Notes under the pieces: model-generated
Databases searched by the model: none
What the model was told of the DNA's origin: nothing
The model's input: the letters and a program-made list of their open reading frames with translations, nothing else
Shown: in pieces, positions 42,067-53,397 of the stretch
Layout of the letters: each line of letters starts with the position of its first letter
How positions within the stretch are numbered: the stretch's first letter is position 1
Program-made: the position numbers and the translations under genes
DNA from: Candidatus Methanomethylicia archaeon
GTDB lineage: Archaea; Thermoproteota; Methanomethylicia; CALHIW01
Assembly (NCBI GenBank): GCA_038845975.1
Contig: JAWBQF010000010.1
Coordinates: forward strand, 1-64,000
Length of the DNA: 64,000 nucleotides
Direction of reading: 5' to 3'

Positions 42067-42678
42067 TTAAACCCTTCTTACAAATACTCTTTTAGCAACA
42101 CCATAACCAAGTGCAAGACTAGTACCTCTAACAAGTATTTCAATTGGCCCCCTCATAGGTCCCTTCCTAATAATTCTTACTTCAACATTTGGGGTTAAAC
42201 CCATCTCAGCAAGTCTTAATGTTAATCCTCTACCACCTAGAATATAGGCTACTAAAGCTCTATCACCCTCCCTTAAATCTACTAGTGGTACTGTATCCTC
42301 AATTCTCCAAGGCATTTGTTGAAGATCTCTAGTTAAGTCCCTAACAGAATCTTTATCTAGGCCATGAGATCTAGATATATGAGAGTACCAATTATGAACT
42401 TTACCTTCAAACCTTCTCCTTAATAAGTCTAAAATAGAGAGTTTATGAATTGAATTGTGTAAATGATTACCTCTATGGTTTAAAACAGCTTTCTCACCTT
42501 TATCTGTAAGCAGATAGCCGTAGGAGTTCTTAACTATATAGCCGTTATTTAACGCATTGCCTAACACTTCACTAATTGCTTGTTCAGATTGATTAAGTCT
42601 ACGTGAGGCATCACTAATACTGAACTTATATTTAAGCTCCTTAATCAGTTCAAGAACTTCAATAAGTAGATCCTTCAT
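42067..42678 (-). CDS. feoA: FeoA domain protein with N-terminal wHTH and His-rich linker
   Basis: RLAEMGLTP..GP..VRGTSLALG at the C-terminus; GYLLTDKG wing at the N-terminus. Confidence 0.8.
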   Translation of the reverse strand: MKDLLIEVLELIKELKYKFSISDASRRLNQSEQAISEVLGNALNNGYIVKNSYGYLLTDKGEKAVLNHRGNHLHNSIHKLSILDLLRRRFEGKVHNWYSHISRSHGLDKDSVRDLTRDLQQMPWRIEDTVPLVDLREGDRALVAYILGGRGLTLRLAEMGLTPNVEVRIIRKGPMRGPIEILVRGTSLALGYGVAKRVFVRRV

Positions 42679-43337
42679 GTAATCATCTTCCTAACATTTA
42701 TAGATGAAGTAATAGTAGGGCCTAGAGTTCTTGTAATTCCATTAATATCTATGATTAATAGGTTATCAAACGGTATCTTATCTATAACTTTAAGAATACT
42801 ACCTGGAGTAAGCCCTATATCTTTAGCATATTTAAGTATATTAAAGCTTTCATCTGTAATATTTACAATAACACCAGTATCACCTAAACTTAGATTTGAA
42901 AGCTGTATACATGGGATTTCATCAAGCTCACCATTAGGTTTAGGAATAGGATTACCATGAGGGCATGTATTAGGGTTTTTTAAAGCTTTTTCAATTAAAT
43001 CTGTAACATATTTTGAAAGACCATGCTCAAGCCTACAGGCTTCATCATGGGCTTTACACCAATCAACTTGAAGAAGATCTGTAAGAAGTCTTTCTGAAAG
43101 TCTATGTCTTCTCACAACATCAATAGCTACCTCCACTCCTTTACTAGTTAGCTTAACACCCTTATGATATTCATGAATTATAAATTTCTTTTTCTCAAGT
43201 ATTTTAACCATTTTAGAAACAGTACCTAAAGTAACATTTAGCATCTTAGCTAAATCAGTAGTCTTAGCTAAACCATACTTCCTCTCAAGCTTCCATATGG
43301 ATTCAAGATATTCCTCTTCAACAATAGATATATGCAT
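42675..43337 (-). CDS. DtxR/MntR metal-dependent regulator
   Basis: EEYLESI, RRHRLSERLL, EACRLEH, CPHGNPIP, FeoA-like tail. Confidence 0.92.
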   Translation of the reverse strand: MHISIVEEEYLESIWKLERKYGLAKTTDLAKMLNVTLGTVSKMVKILEKKKFIIHEYHKGVKLTSKGVEVAIDVVRRHRLSERLLTDLLQVDWCKAHDEACRLEHGLSKYVTDLIEKALKNPNTCPHGNPIPKPNGELDEIPCIQLSNLSLGDTGVIVNITDESFNILKYAKDIGLTPGSILKVIDKIPFDNLLIIDINGITRTLGPTITSSINVRKMIT

Positions 43338-43485
43338 AATATTAACTACGAATAATACAATATATATTTTTCTATAATCTAATTTTTAATTAAGAAATTT
43401 CTTATTCACATTGAATATATTACATAAAATTTATATTCAAATTTTGAATAGACTGTTAGCAATAGCTATATATAAAGGTGATTTA

Positions 43486-45024
43486 ATGAGTTACGATATC
43501 ATTATAACTAGCGATAGAACAATGATAAGTAACCATCACAGTAACGAGTTTTTGGGATTTTTAACTACAAGCCCATCAATGGGGTTACCCGAACCTATCT
43601 GGATGTGGCTTGCAGCTCCTAAAGTTAAAGTTGATAAGATAGGTAGACCTATTCAAGCACCATACGGTCTAAGAAAAATCGAAGCAGCACTTCAAAACGC
43701 TGGATTTAAAGCAGCTATTATAGATCCAGACCATATTTACAAGCATCTAGATAAAGCTAAAATAGTCATGATAGGACATCACGACTACTTCGCATTAGGA
43801 CCACCAAGCTGTGAATGGATGATGATTACAGGTAGAGAGCCTGTAAATGCTAGAAGCTTCCGTAGATTTATGGAGAGGTTTACACAAGCAGCAAGAAATA
43901 AAGATATTAAAATTGTTGTTGGAGGGCCTGCAGCATGGCAATGGCTATACATGCCTAAACTAATAGAGAAGTATAGAATTTCAACAATTATTGACGGAGA
44001 GGCTGATAAGATTATAACTTATATAGCTCAAAAAATATTGCGTGGAGATTCTTTACCTAAATATATACAAGTTAGTTTAAACGATACACCTAGACTTGAT
44101 GAAATACCATTAATAAAATATCCGTCGGTTAATGGATTTATTGAGGTTATGAGGGGGTGCCCACGTAAATGTAGATTTTGCAGTGTAACTCTTAGACCAC
44201 TTAGAATATATACTTTTAACATGATAGAAAGAGAGCTTAAAGTAAATAGTTTAGCAGGTATAAGAAAAGGAATACTTCATGCAGAGGATTTACTACTATA
44301 TGGTAGTGATGGAGTAAAACCTAAACCGGAACCGCTAATAAAACTCCATGAACTTGTTAAAAAATACTATATGAACATTGCTTGGAGTCATGTAAGCCTA
44401 TCAACTGTAAAGTATGGTCAAGAAAACTTTAAACTTATCTCGAAGCTAACTGAAATAATATATGGTAGTGGACAAAGCTGGATTGGAGTAGAGGTTGGAG
44501 TAGAAACAGGATCAGTAAGGCTTGCTAGAAGAATTATGCCTATGAAGGCTTTACCATATCCGCCTGAAACATGGCCTGAAGTCGTTGAGGATGCATTCAT
44601 GATAATGCATGAACATAGAATTATACCGGCTGCAACCATTATAATAGGTCTCCCAGACGAAACTGAAGATGACGTTTTAGAAACAATAGAGCTTATGGAT
44701 AAGCTGAAGAAATATCGAAGCCTTATAGTTCCAATGTTTTTCGTACCAATGGGAACATTAAAAGATAAAAATTGGTTTAAAATATTAAATATTAGAGAAG
44801 CGCATGAAGAACTTCTGGTTAAATGCTTTAGACATAGCATATACTGGGCTGAAGATATACTTTCAAAATTCTATCTAAGAGAACCACATCAAGCACCACT
44901 AAATATTCTTCTAAAAACGGTAATAAACTACTTTAAGATCAAAACAAGAAGTTTTCTAAAGTATTACGAAAATAGAAGTTTAACAACTAAACTTAAAATA
45001 TGCTGTACAGCAAGGGTCCAATAA
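43486..45024 (+). CDS. Archaeal radical SAM protein with B12-binding-like N-terminal domain
   Basis: APYGLRKIEA, VGGP.AWQ, RGCPRKCRFC, GVETGS; AGGTGA SD before ATG 43486. Confidence 0.85.
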   Translation: MSYDIIITSDRTMISNHHSNEFLGFLTTSPSMGLPEPIWMWLAAPKVKVDKIGRPIQAPYGLRKIEAALQNAGFKAAIIDPDHIYKHLDKAKIVMIGHHDYFALGPPSCEWMMITGREPVNARSFRRFMERFTQAARNKDIKIVVGGPAAWQWLYMPKLIEKYRISTIIDGEADKIITYIAQKILRGDSLPKYIQVSLNDTPRLDEIPLIKYPSVNGFIEVMRGCPRKCRFCSVTLRPLRIYTFNMIERELKVNSLAGIRKGILHAEDLLLYGSDGVKPKPEPLIKLHELVKKYYMNIAWSHVSLSTVKYGQENFKLISKLTEIIYGSGQSWIGVEVGVETGSVRLARRIMPMKALPYPPETWPEVVEDAFMIMHEHRIIPAATIIIGLPDETEDDVLETIELMDKLKKYRSLIVPMFFVPMGTLKDKNWFKILNIREAHEELLVKCFRHSIYWAEDILSKFYLREPHQAPLNILLKTVINYFKIKTRSFLKYYENRSLTTKLKICCTARVQ

Positions 45025-45403
45025 CAATATCTAATAAAAGCTAACTGAATTTATAGATTGTCCTTCTCCACTCTTATAATTAGAAGCTAATTAAAAACCT
45101 CATAATCATCCTAAATAGGAAAATTACATAGAAATTTACAGCTATGTATCAGAATATCTATCATCTCTACGAATATCTAAATACTTATTAGTCCTGAAAG
45201 TTATCAATGAAGCTGGAATCCAACTTAACCGATTGCTTACATTATTATTGCATCTATTATTTGTAGTATAATTAATCAGTAGATTGATGTTTTCCAACAT
45301 CATATATGAGGAAATACATAATTTCTCTACCATTCCATTCCCTGTAAACTTTAAGTTTATGTATTAGTGACTTAAGTTGACAAGATACAGTACCCTAGCA
45401 TCA

Positions 45404-45635
45404 GGACCTGGCAACTTAAGCTTTAAGATTTCCTTATTCATTATGCTTATTGATGTGACATGATTGATTTATTATTGTTAAGCCTACATATCAAATATTA
45501 AAATTCATAGGTGGAGGAAATGGTTTAATGAATTCCCATATGCCATTACCTAATTCTCTAAACTCCACGATAGAACCTATAATCAGCACGACTTAAATAA
45601 TTTTTAGGCGAGTTCAATCTTAAGTTGCCACGTCC
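45404..45635. mobile_element. 232-bp MITE sharing family-A TIRs
   Basis: GGACCTGGCAACTTAAG ... CTTAAGTTGCCACGTCC (16/17); flanks TAGCATCA / TAGCACCA. Confidence 0.85.
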
Positions 45636-45682
45636 TAGCACCAAGTAGAAACATTTAAATTGATTAGAGAACATTTAAAGTT

Positions 45683-46078
45683 ATGGTTTCAACAGTTATA
45701 ATTAGCTTAATTGCCGGATGGATTACAGCTGCATTTGCAATGTGGATGGCTGCAAGAATAGTTGCTGGAAGTAAAGCTACATTTATTGGGTCATTACTTA
45801 TAGCAGTTATTGGGCCAATTCTAGTATTTACCTCACTTATACTTTCTACTCCACTACTGGGTTCATTAAGTATTTTATTAGCATTAATACTTTGGCTATG
45901 GGCTGTAAAATCAATATTTGGAGTAGGATGGATTTCAGCATTTGCAATAACCATACTTTCAACATTCACATTTCTAGTAGCAATAATAATTGTGAGTATA
46001 GTTCTAGGTATAAGTGAGTTTATGCTTTCAATATTGAGAAGACTTATAGAGGGATATCCACATATTGTTAGATTTTAA
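45683..46078 (+). CDS. Small integral membrane protein
   Basis: About four hydrophobic helices; KSIFGVGWISA motif. Confidence 0.75.
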   Translation: MVSTVIISLIAGWITAAFAMWMAARIVAGSKATFIGSLLIAVIGPILVFTSLILSTPLLGSLSILLALILWLWAVKSIFGVGWISAFAITILSTFTFLVAIIIVSIVLGISEFMLSILRRLIEGYPHIVRF

Positions 46079-46095
46079 CGAATGCTCTTTAATAA

Positions 46096-47615
46096 GATTT
46101 TGTGGTTAGTTTCAGCTTGCTAACTTAAGCATGTTGATTATTCTATTTTGGTGTTTTGTTTCTATGAATTCTTAGCTTTCATTTTTTCATTAATTTATGT
46201 TTATTAGCTATACTATTGATCTCATAAGCATTGATACATGTTCATTATCGCATTTATCCTTCATGCATGGTATATAATTATCGAACAGCTTAGCTCTATC
46301 CTTAACATACCGTATTATCCTCTCCATTAAATTCCTAACTTCTAAAATATATCATGTTTAAACTCAATATTCTTCATGCTATAATATTGAGCACCATCAC
46401 TCAATACAATTATATTAGAACTGTAAATGGCTCTGATCTTCTAATGTTAAAATGTAAGTATGTTCACATCATCATAAACAATGTGAGAATCCTCCTCAAT
46501 AATGGCTTAGCAACACAAACAATCTTATTTTAGAACTTACATTAATGATTGCACCATCAGCCATAAATCCCAATATCCCTCCTATCAAATAGAAATCTTA
46601 AGATAAACCATAACATAGATACAACTCCTACAAAAATAAAACTTAAAATATCAGAAGCCATCCTAAATGAATGAAAATATAAGCAATAAACAAATAGAAT
46701 AAATGAAGACCTCTCCCAACAAATCTAACAACTTTAACCATACTAACACCATAAATAAGGTAAACTCCAAAATAAAGCTAAAGTTCACAAAGCCTTGTTT
46801 TCTGATTTTTCTATGAGTGTTTTGATCTTTTCTAGTGGGTTTGTTCTAGTTTAGGATTGTTTGAGTGATTAGTGGTGTTCGATGTTCTGGATGTGGTTCT
46901 ATGAAGATTAAGAGTTATGGGAATTGTAGGCTTGATTTAAGAGTATTTCTGTTTGTAAGGGATATTTAATAGTTAGGGCTGTATGATATTCTATTATTCT
47001 AGATTTAGGGAATGTTATTCTCATAATGTTCTAGGCTTACGTAATTCATATATGGTTTAATGCTTCTAATAGGAGTCTAATGACTGTATTTAGGTTTTTG
47101 GGAAACTTATGTTGAGGATTAGAGATGGAATTGGTAAGATTGAGTTTAATGGTGTTCTTGAGTTGATGAACTATACGTTAGTACTGATTGGAGAGTAGAG
47201 TAATAGTATATTATTAACATCTAGGTAGAGTACATAGACATAGATCTTTAGGAAGTATGGATTATGGAGTTACAATAAGCTAGTTATACTCATACTTTAG
47301 TATGAATATGTTTCATCAAGTATTGTTGAGTCTAAATAGTCCTCAAGATAATAGGTAGAGAATTGAGAATAACTCAACAACATATACTGATAGCTTCAAC
47401 AAACTTACTAAGTAAGCTAAATATACTCATGAATATATAAACAACATTCAGAATGAATCAAGAAGAATACCAGATAACAACCTCAAGAATAAACATCAAC
47501 AACTAAGCCATAATTAACAATTCAACACAAGAAATACAACAATATAAACCTAACCCAACAACATCCAAGCATGTAAAAAACAAAAAGACAAACCAACAAA
47601 GGCAACCATAAAATC
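46096..47615 (+). pseudogene. Decayed IS1595-like element interrupted by an IS6 copy
   Basis: Ends GATTTTGTGGTT / AACCATAAAATC. Plus-strand fragments RCSGCGSMKIKSYG (Zn ribbon), FNGVLE(V)DELYV, IENNSTTYTDSF, THEYIN. Confidence 0.55.
46114..46794 (-). mobile_element. Decayed IS6-family copy
   Basis: Colinear with 33176-33905; right TIR AAGTTCACAAAGCC; flanks TTAGTTTC / TTGTTTTC. Confidence 0.85.
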
Positions 47616-47694
47616 ATAAATAACTTATATATCAATAATCCCAAAACCTTATTAAAGAGCGTTAACAAAAACTTTATACGTTTTCCGAATATTA

Positions 47695-49134
47695 ATGTTT
47701 GTGCCTGATATTGATACTATAGGCTATATTGGAGGATTAAGTAAGCTAAGTAATATTCGATTCATACTTAAATACTTAACTGGACGATGCCTAAGAGATA
47801 AAGAGAGACGAGTAGAAGTAGCTTTACAACTTTACACAAATACTAGAAGTAATGCCTGCTTTACATGTAAGCATATTGTCTATCCAGTAATTAGTAAAAT
47901 TATTAAAAGAGGAGCTGAAAGCTTTGGAGTACCTGAATGGAAAATGAAGGAGAAATTTAAAGACCCATATTGGAGGAGAGGGCTTGCCTGTGTTCTTATA
48001 GGGGTTGCTAAGTACGGCATACAAAGACCATTTACACCAGGAGTACCATTTCTAATCGTATGGGATTATACTTATGCATGTAATCTTAAGTGTAAACACT
48101 GCTATAGTAGTGCTGGTAAACCTTTAAAAGATGAGATGGGAAGAAAAGAAGCTTTGAAAGTTGTTAGCATTCTTGGAGACATCGGTGTACCATCAGTGGC
48201 ATTTTCAGGTGGGGAGCCACTAGTAAGAAACGATATATTTGACGTTTTAAAGCTATGTAAGGAATACCGTATATTTACTGCAATAGCTACAAACGGTACT
48301 ACTTTAACCAGGGAAAATGTTGAGAAACTTAAAAGTAGTGGAGTTGGATATTTACAGATTAGTCTTGATGGAGTAAGTCCTAAAACACATGATAGCTTTA
48401 GGGGAATAAATGGAGTTTTTAATAGAGTTATTGAGGGAATAAAAAATGCTGTTGAATCAGGAATATTTGTTGAAGTAGCAACAACAGTAACCAAGTTAAA
48501 CATTCATGAAATTAGTGACATTATAGATTTATGTAGAAGGCTTAAAGTCAACTGGTTTATGGCATATAACTTCATACCTACGGGAAGAGGAAGAGAAGTA
48601 GTCAATCTTGATCTTTCACCAAGTGAAAGGGAGGAATTGCTTAAAAACCTATGGATTGAGGCTTTAAAAGGAGGCTTAACTGTTTTAACTACAGCTCCAC
48701 AATTTGCACGAGTTGCACTAATAAATTCAAAGAATATTAATGAAGCTATAGTACCAACGCATTTCTACTCAATGAAGCTACCAGGTAAACTTGCGGAGTT
48801 AAGCGAATTTGTTGGTGGATGTGGAGCTGGAAGAAGCTACTGTGCAATAGAGCCTGATGGAACTATTCAGCCATGTGTGTTTTTACCAGTAAGAGTTGGA
48901 AACATCCTCATTGATAATTTTGAGTATTTATGGGATAATAGTGAATTACTTATAAAATTAAGAAATAAAGACCTACTGAAAGGAAACTGTGGAGTATGTA
49001 AGTATAGATATGTTTGTGGTGGATGTAGAGCAAGAGCATATGCATACTTTAACGACTACATGGCTCCTGATCCCGGCTGTATATATAATGCTCAATACAT
49101 ACCTGAATTAAAAACAAGAATATATTCAAAATAG
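47695..49134 (+). CDS. Radical SAM/SPASM domain protein
   Basis: CNLKCKHCY, FSGGEP, GCGAG..PC, C..C....CGGCRARA, DPGC. Confidence 0.9.
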   Translation: MFVPDIDTIGYIGGLSKLSNIRFILKYLTGRCLRDKERRVEVALQLYTNTRSNACFTCKHIVYPVISKIIKRGAESFGVPEWKMKEKFKDPYWRRGLACVLIGVAKYGIQRPFTPGVPFLIVWDYTYACNLKCKHCYSSAGKPLKDEMGRKEALKVVSILGDIGVPSVAFSGGEPLVRNDIFDVLKLCKEYRIFTAIATNGTTLTRENVEKLKSSGVGYLQISLDGVSPKTHDSFRGINGVFNRVIEGIKNAVESGIFVEVATTVTKLNIHEISDIIDLCRRLKVNWFMAYNFIPTGRGREVVNLDLSPSEREELLKNLWIEALKGGLTVLTTAPQFARVALINSKNINEAIVPTHFYSMKLPGKLAELSEFVGGCGAGRSYCAIEPDGTIQPCVFLPVRVGNILIDNFEYLWDNSELLIKLRNKDLLKGNCGVCKYRYVCGGCRARAYAYFNDYMAPDPGCIYNAQYIPELKTRIYSK

Positions 49135-49142
49135 TCAATTTG

Positions 49143-49400
49143 CTATGTTGAAACATGCTCTAAAACTTCTCTAATAACATCTCCAACCCCAATATCTGAA
49201 ATATTAGAAGATATAAATACACTTAAAGAGTTTAAATCATCTAGCCCGAACATGTTTCTAAAAGCAGTTATGATAAGTCTCCTAAAATCACTTAGAAGCT
49301 CAAGTGAAGCTATAAGCTTATATGTTTCAACAATTACCTTTCTCGCTTCAGCCATAAGCTTTCTATTTTCCTCACAAACGGTCTTAACATCATCTACCAT
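49143..49400 (-). CDS. Hypothetical protein
   Basis: 85-aa helical ORF, non-overlapping, convergent with the radical SAM gene. Confidence 0.6.
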   Translation of the reverse strand: MVDDVKTVCEENRKLMAEARKVIVETYKLIASLELLSDFRRLIITAFRNMFGLDDLNSLSVFISSNISDIGVGDVIREVLEHVST

Positions 49401-49569
49401 CTTAATCAGAATATATATCCACTAATATCTTTAACAATTACGATATATTTAACAATTAAACACAACTTATTTTTCCTAGAAATACATTTATAATACTGTC
49501 TTCCACCTATAGAAACTATAATTAGATTTAAAAATTTAAGTAAGAACTCTTTAAAATCTAGGTGTTTAA

Positions 49570-50946
49570 ATGTTTAATGTTAGAGTTAGAGGAATTTACG
49601 CTACTGCTATAACTAGGCTTTGCATGGATTGGGGGTTTAGGATTGTTCAGCCAACCGAGACTATTATCGATAGGTTTAGACTTACAGATTTAAAGGAACC
49701 GCCTGACATCACCATTAAAGATTTGGAAAGCAAAGATGGAATTATAATTATTGGTTTACGTAGAGCTGTAGAGGAAGTATTAAAAAAGCTAGAAATATAT
49801 TTTCCAGAAGTTATTGTTTTAAAGTGTTTAATGCCTATACGCTCTATTGTTAAGGGTATTGTTAAAGATTTTAGAAATGGTGAATACATAGTTGAGGTTA
49901 AACCAAATATATATGGTGTTTTAAAGGGAAACTTTAGGATAGGAGATGTTATTACAGTATCTGTTGCTAAAACATCTTTCACGCGTAACAACTACTTAAA
50001 ACTTTCAAGTAGTCTATGGATTAAGGGGAGATATGCATATTTAATTCAAGATAGTAAGGTTATTGTAAGCAGACACATTAGAGACCGTAACATTAGAAGG
50101 GAATTGTCTTCATTAGGGCTTCTCTTTAAAGAGAAGGGATGGGGTGTTAAGTGGAGAAGTTCAGCACAGTATGCTAATATACCCTCCTTAATGGAGGAAT
50201 TAAAGAAACTCTATGAAAAAGCTAGAGAAATACTTAAAAGCTCTGAAAAAACACCATATGTGGAGCTGATTGATGGAGAATATATTGCTAAAGTTATTTT
50301 CCCGTCAACTACTAAAATAGAGCTAGATAAAATTAGAAGTAAAACTATTCCAACAGTATATAAGCATCATATCTACAAGTCGAGTGGAAAAATAGGATCA
50401 GTACTTGTTGATTTTGCTGAAAAAATACTTAACGAATTTAATGTAGATGTAGTATCAGGAGATCTACATGAATTCATGATTGAACTACTAAGGCAAAGGA
50501 GTAAAGTAGAAATACTACATATTAAACCTTCAGGAGAAATTATAAGTTTAACTCCAGGCTCAATCATAGAAATAAATAAGGAAAAACTAATTCTGAAAAG
50601 AAGATTAACTGCCGGTGGCAGATATGATGGATTAAACATTCCTAAAGAAGAAGGAGATTATGACATAATGGAGGTTAAACCAAATGAATGGACTATTACA
50701 CATAGCTACTACTCAAAAAATAGAGTATTAAAGGGCAGATATATCAATATAAATACACCACCAGAAATAACATACAAATATATTAAGTATATAGATTTAA
50801 TCGTAGATATTGTCATACTACCAAATGGAGAAGTTAAAATTCTAGATTTGGAGGAATTTGATAAGCTATGTAGTGAGGGAGTAGTATCTAGTTATATTAG
50901 AACTAAGGTCAACAATATTATTAGCTCCTTTAATACTGCTCAATAA
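49570..50946 (+). CDS. FAU-1 family RNA-binding ribonuclease (RNase E/G-like plus DUF402)
   Basis: VRVRGIYATA, IVQPT..I..RF, YDGLNIPKE.GD, YININTP, YIDLIVD. Confidence 0.88.
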   Translation: MFNVRVRGIYATAITRLCMDWGFRIVQPTETIIDRFRLTDLKEPPDITIKDLESKDGIIIIGLRRAVEEVLKKLEIYFPEVIVLKCLMPIRSIVKGIVKDFRNGEYIVEVKPNIYGVLKGNFRIGDVITVSVAKTSFTRNNYLKLSSSLWIKGRYAYLIQDSKVIVSRHIRDRNIRRELSSLGLLFKEKGWGVKWRSSAQYANIPSLMEELKKLYEKAREILKSSEKTPYVELIDGEYIAKVIFPSTTKIELDKIRSKTIPTVYKHHIYKSSGKIGSVLVDFAEKILNEFNVDVVSGDLHEFMIELLRQRSKVEILHIKPSGEIISLTPGSIIEINKEKLILKRRLTAGGRYDGLNIPKEEGDYDIMEVKPNEWTITHSYYSKNRVLKGRYININTPPEITYKYIKYIDLIVDIVILPNGEVKILDLEEFDKLCSEGVVSSYIRTKVNNIISSFNTAQ

Positions 50947-51756
50947 AACATCATAAAATGCAGTTGTATTAAGTCTATAAAGTACTTAAGTGTTTAAGTT
51001 ATGTTCTAAGCTTACTTCTAAACAGGGTATATCGAAATATTATTTTGTTGTATTTTATGCTTGTAAGGTGGGAATATAGGGTTTATGATGTTAGATGCTA
51101 AATGATTCTAATTTTTCAGTTTCGATTCGGTTGGCGGAGGTTTAAGAAGTTTAGCTTATGCTTGAAGTATTGGTTTAGAGAGCTGTTTAAGGTTTATATA
51201 TGCTAGGTTTATTTGATGGAAGAATTCTACTACTTTAGCTATTAGGATTGAGCATCTTCCTAGTTAAATTGTTATAAATGTATACTCTTCATCATGTAAA
51301 GTAAGTTATGACTACATAGTTTCGATTTAACAGTTTCACTAACTGTATAGAATCTACATGAGCTTCTTATGTATAAGAGCTTAATGGAATCATGCTAGTT
51401 CATACTAATACAACATTAGAGTTCGTAAAAAGTATTCTGATTAGTATTTGATGATAGAGTACTTAATGCCAACTAAATAATTTAGCTAAGGAATATATTT
51501 TAATCGTCCTAGAGGCATAAGTAGAATTAGAATAGATATAGATTCTTTAACACGAACTCTACAACTAGATATACTGGCGGGAAGACTTCGAAATTCTAAA
51601 AGTAAAGTTTAGGGATAGACTAAACCAGAAAGAAGAATCAATAACAGGATGAATCTAAGGATCATATATCAACTAAAATACTCATGAGGGACTATAGATG
51701 AACAATTAAGCACTATTGTTAAGGCTAAAATTTATAAATTCTTTAGGAGGTTATAA

Positions 51757-52698
51757 GTGGTTAATATGAGTTCATGGGATGAATCTATAGCTAAAGCTGT
51801 TGAGAAGGTAAGTCCGTCTGTTGTTGCTGTAGGAAGTTTAAGGATTGCTCATGATTACTTCCTTCAACCCATACCAATAACAGGTTTAGGTTCAGGAGTT
51901 ATTATAGATGGGAATGGATACATATTAACCAACTATCATGTTGTTGAGGGTGTGGAACGTATAGAAGTAGCATTAAGTGGTGGTAGAGTGTTAAGAGGTG
52001 AAATTGTAGGTGTTGATCGGAGAACAGATCTAGCATTATTGAAAGTCAATATGAAGAACTTACCAGCAGCGATACTTGGAGATTCGTTAAAACTAAAAGT
52101 TGGACATATTGTTTTAGCTATAGGTAACCCATTTGGTCTATTAGGGGAGCCTACAGTTACTATTGGTGTTGTAAGCGCATTGAAAAGAACAATAAAGTCT
52201 GAAAGAGGAGTTTTTGAGGATATGATTCAAACAGATGCTCATATTAATCCTGGAAATTCAGGTGGACCTCTTATAAACCTTAATGGGGAAGTTGTTGGCA
52301 TAAACACAGCTATAATTCCATTTGCTCAAGGAATTGGATTTGCAATACCAATAAACACAGCTAAGAAAGTTGTTAACGATCTTATAAATTATGGAAGAGT
52401 ATTAAGACCCTGGATTGGTATTCAAGGTGTTGATATAAATGAAAAAATGGCTGAATATTATGGATTACCGATAAGTAAAGGATGCTTAGTCATAGATGTT
52501 GCTCCTAATGGACCTGCAGGCTATTACGGTATTCAACCTGGTGATATTATAACTGCAATTAGTGGTAGGGAAGTAGACTGTACGGAGAAGTTAAAGTCAA
52601 TAATTGAGAGAATGAATATTGGAGACATAATTGAGATAACTATTATTAGAGGAGATAAAATAGTAAACATACCTATAGAGCTAGGCTATTTAGAATAG
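51757..52698 (+). CDS. HtrA/DegP-family serine protease with PDZ domain
   Basis: GSGVII, TNYHVV, DLALLK, INPGNSGGPL. Confidence 0.93.
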   Translation: MVNMSSWDESIAKAVEKVSPSVVAVGSLRIAHDYFLQPIPITGLGSGVIIDGNGYILTNYHVVEGVERIEVALSGGRVLRGEIVGVDRRTDLALLKVNMKNLPAAILGDSLKLKVGHIVLAIGNPFGLLGEPTVTIGVVSALKRTIKSERGVFEDMIQTDAHINPGNSGGPLINLNGEVVGINTAIIPFAQGIGFAIPINTAKKVVNDLINYGRVLRPWIGIQGVDINEKMAEYYGLPISKGCLVIDVAPNGPAGYYGIQPGDIITAISGREVDCTEKLKSIIERMNIGDIIEITIIRGDKIVNIPIELGYLE

Positions 52699-52701
52699 CT
52701 T

Positions 52702-53397
52702 ATGGAGAAAATAATAGTAGATAGAGAATTAACGAATAAGTATTACGTATTTAAAGATAGGGAGGAAGCAGCAGTAAGGCTTGCTAAAATGATTAAAACG
52801 AAAGAATTAGTAGATCCAGTAGTGTTAGCAATACCTTCAGGAGGAGTACCGGTAGGTGCTACATTAGCTTTAATACTTAAATGCGAGTTTAACCTATTAA
52901 TTTGTAGAAAACTCCACTTTCCAAACAATCCAGAAGCAGGATTTGGAGCTGTAAATCCTGATGGTGACATAGTGCTTAATAGAGAACTTATAAATTACCT
53001 CAACATTAACAGGGAACTTATAAATATGGTTATAAAGCTGGAAATTGAAGAGATAAAGAAACGTTTTGAAGTTTTCAGATTGATAGAAACATCAATTAAC
53101 AATAGGAGCACTATAATAACTGATGATGGACTTGCATCAGGTTACACTATGCTTTCAGCTGTTAAATACGTTAAAAAGAGAAAACCGGAGAAAATCATTG
53201 TGGCAATACCAACAGCATCTATAAGTGCATTAAATTTAGTAGCTCCACACGTAGATGTTATTTATTGTGTTAATGTTAGGGATGATACATATGGTTTTGC
53301 CGTTGCAGATGCTTATAAAAACTGGTATGATGTAAATGATGTTGAAGTATTATCATATATTAATAAATTTAAAAGTGAAAAACTTAACATGAAATGA
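52702..53397 (+). CDS. Phosphoribosyltransferase family protein (COG1926-like)
   Basis: FKDREEA, LAIPSGGVPV, NPEAGFGAV, DDGLASG. Confidence 0.85.
   Translation: MEKIIVDRELTNKYYVFKDREEAAVRLAKMIKTKELVDPVVLAIPSGGVPVGATLALILKCEFNLLICRKLHFPNNPEAGFGAVNPDGDIVLNRELINYLNINRELINMVIKLEIEEIKKRFEVFRLIETSINNRSTIITDDGLASGYTMLSAVKYVKKRKPEKIIVAIPTASISALNLVAPHVDVIYCVNVRDDTYGFAVADAYKNWYDVNDVEVLSYINKFKSEKLNMK

Noticed and set aside
47695-49400. Radical SAM/SPASM RiPP cluster
   Set aside because: No precursor peptide, PqqD/RRE gene, protease or exporter nearby; upstream DNA is IS relic
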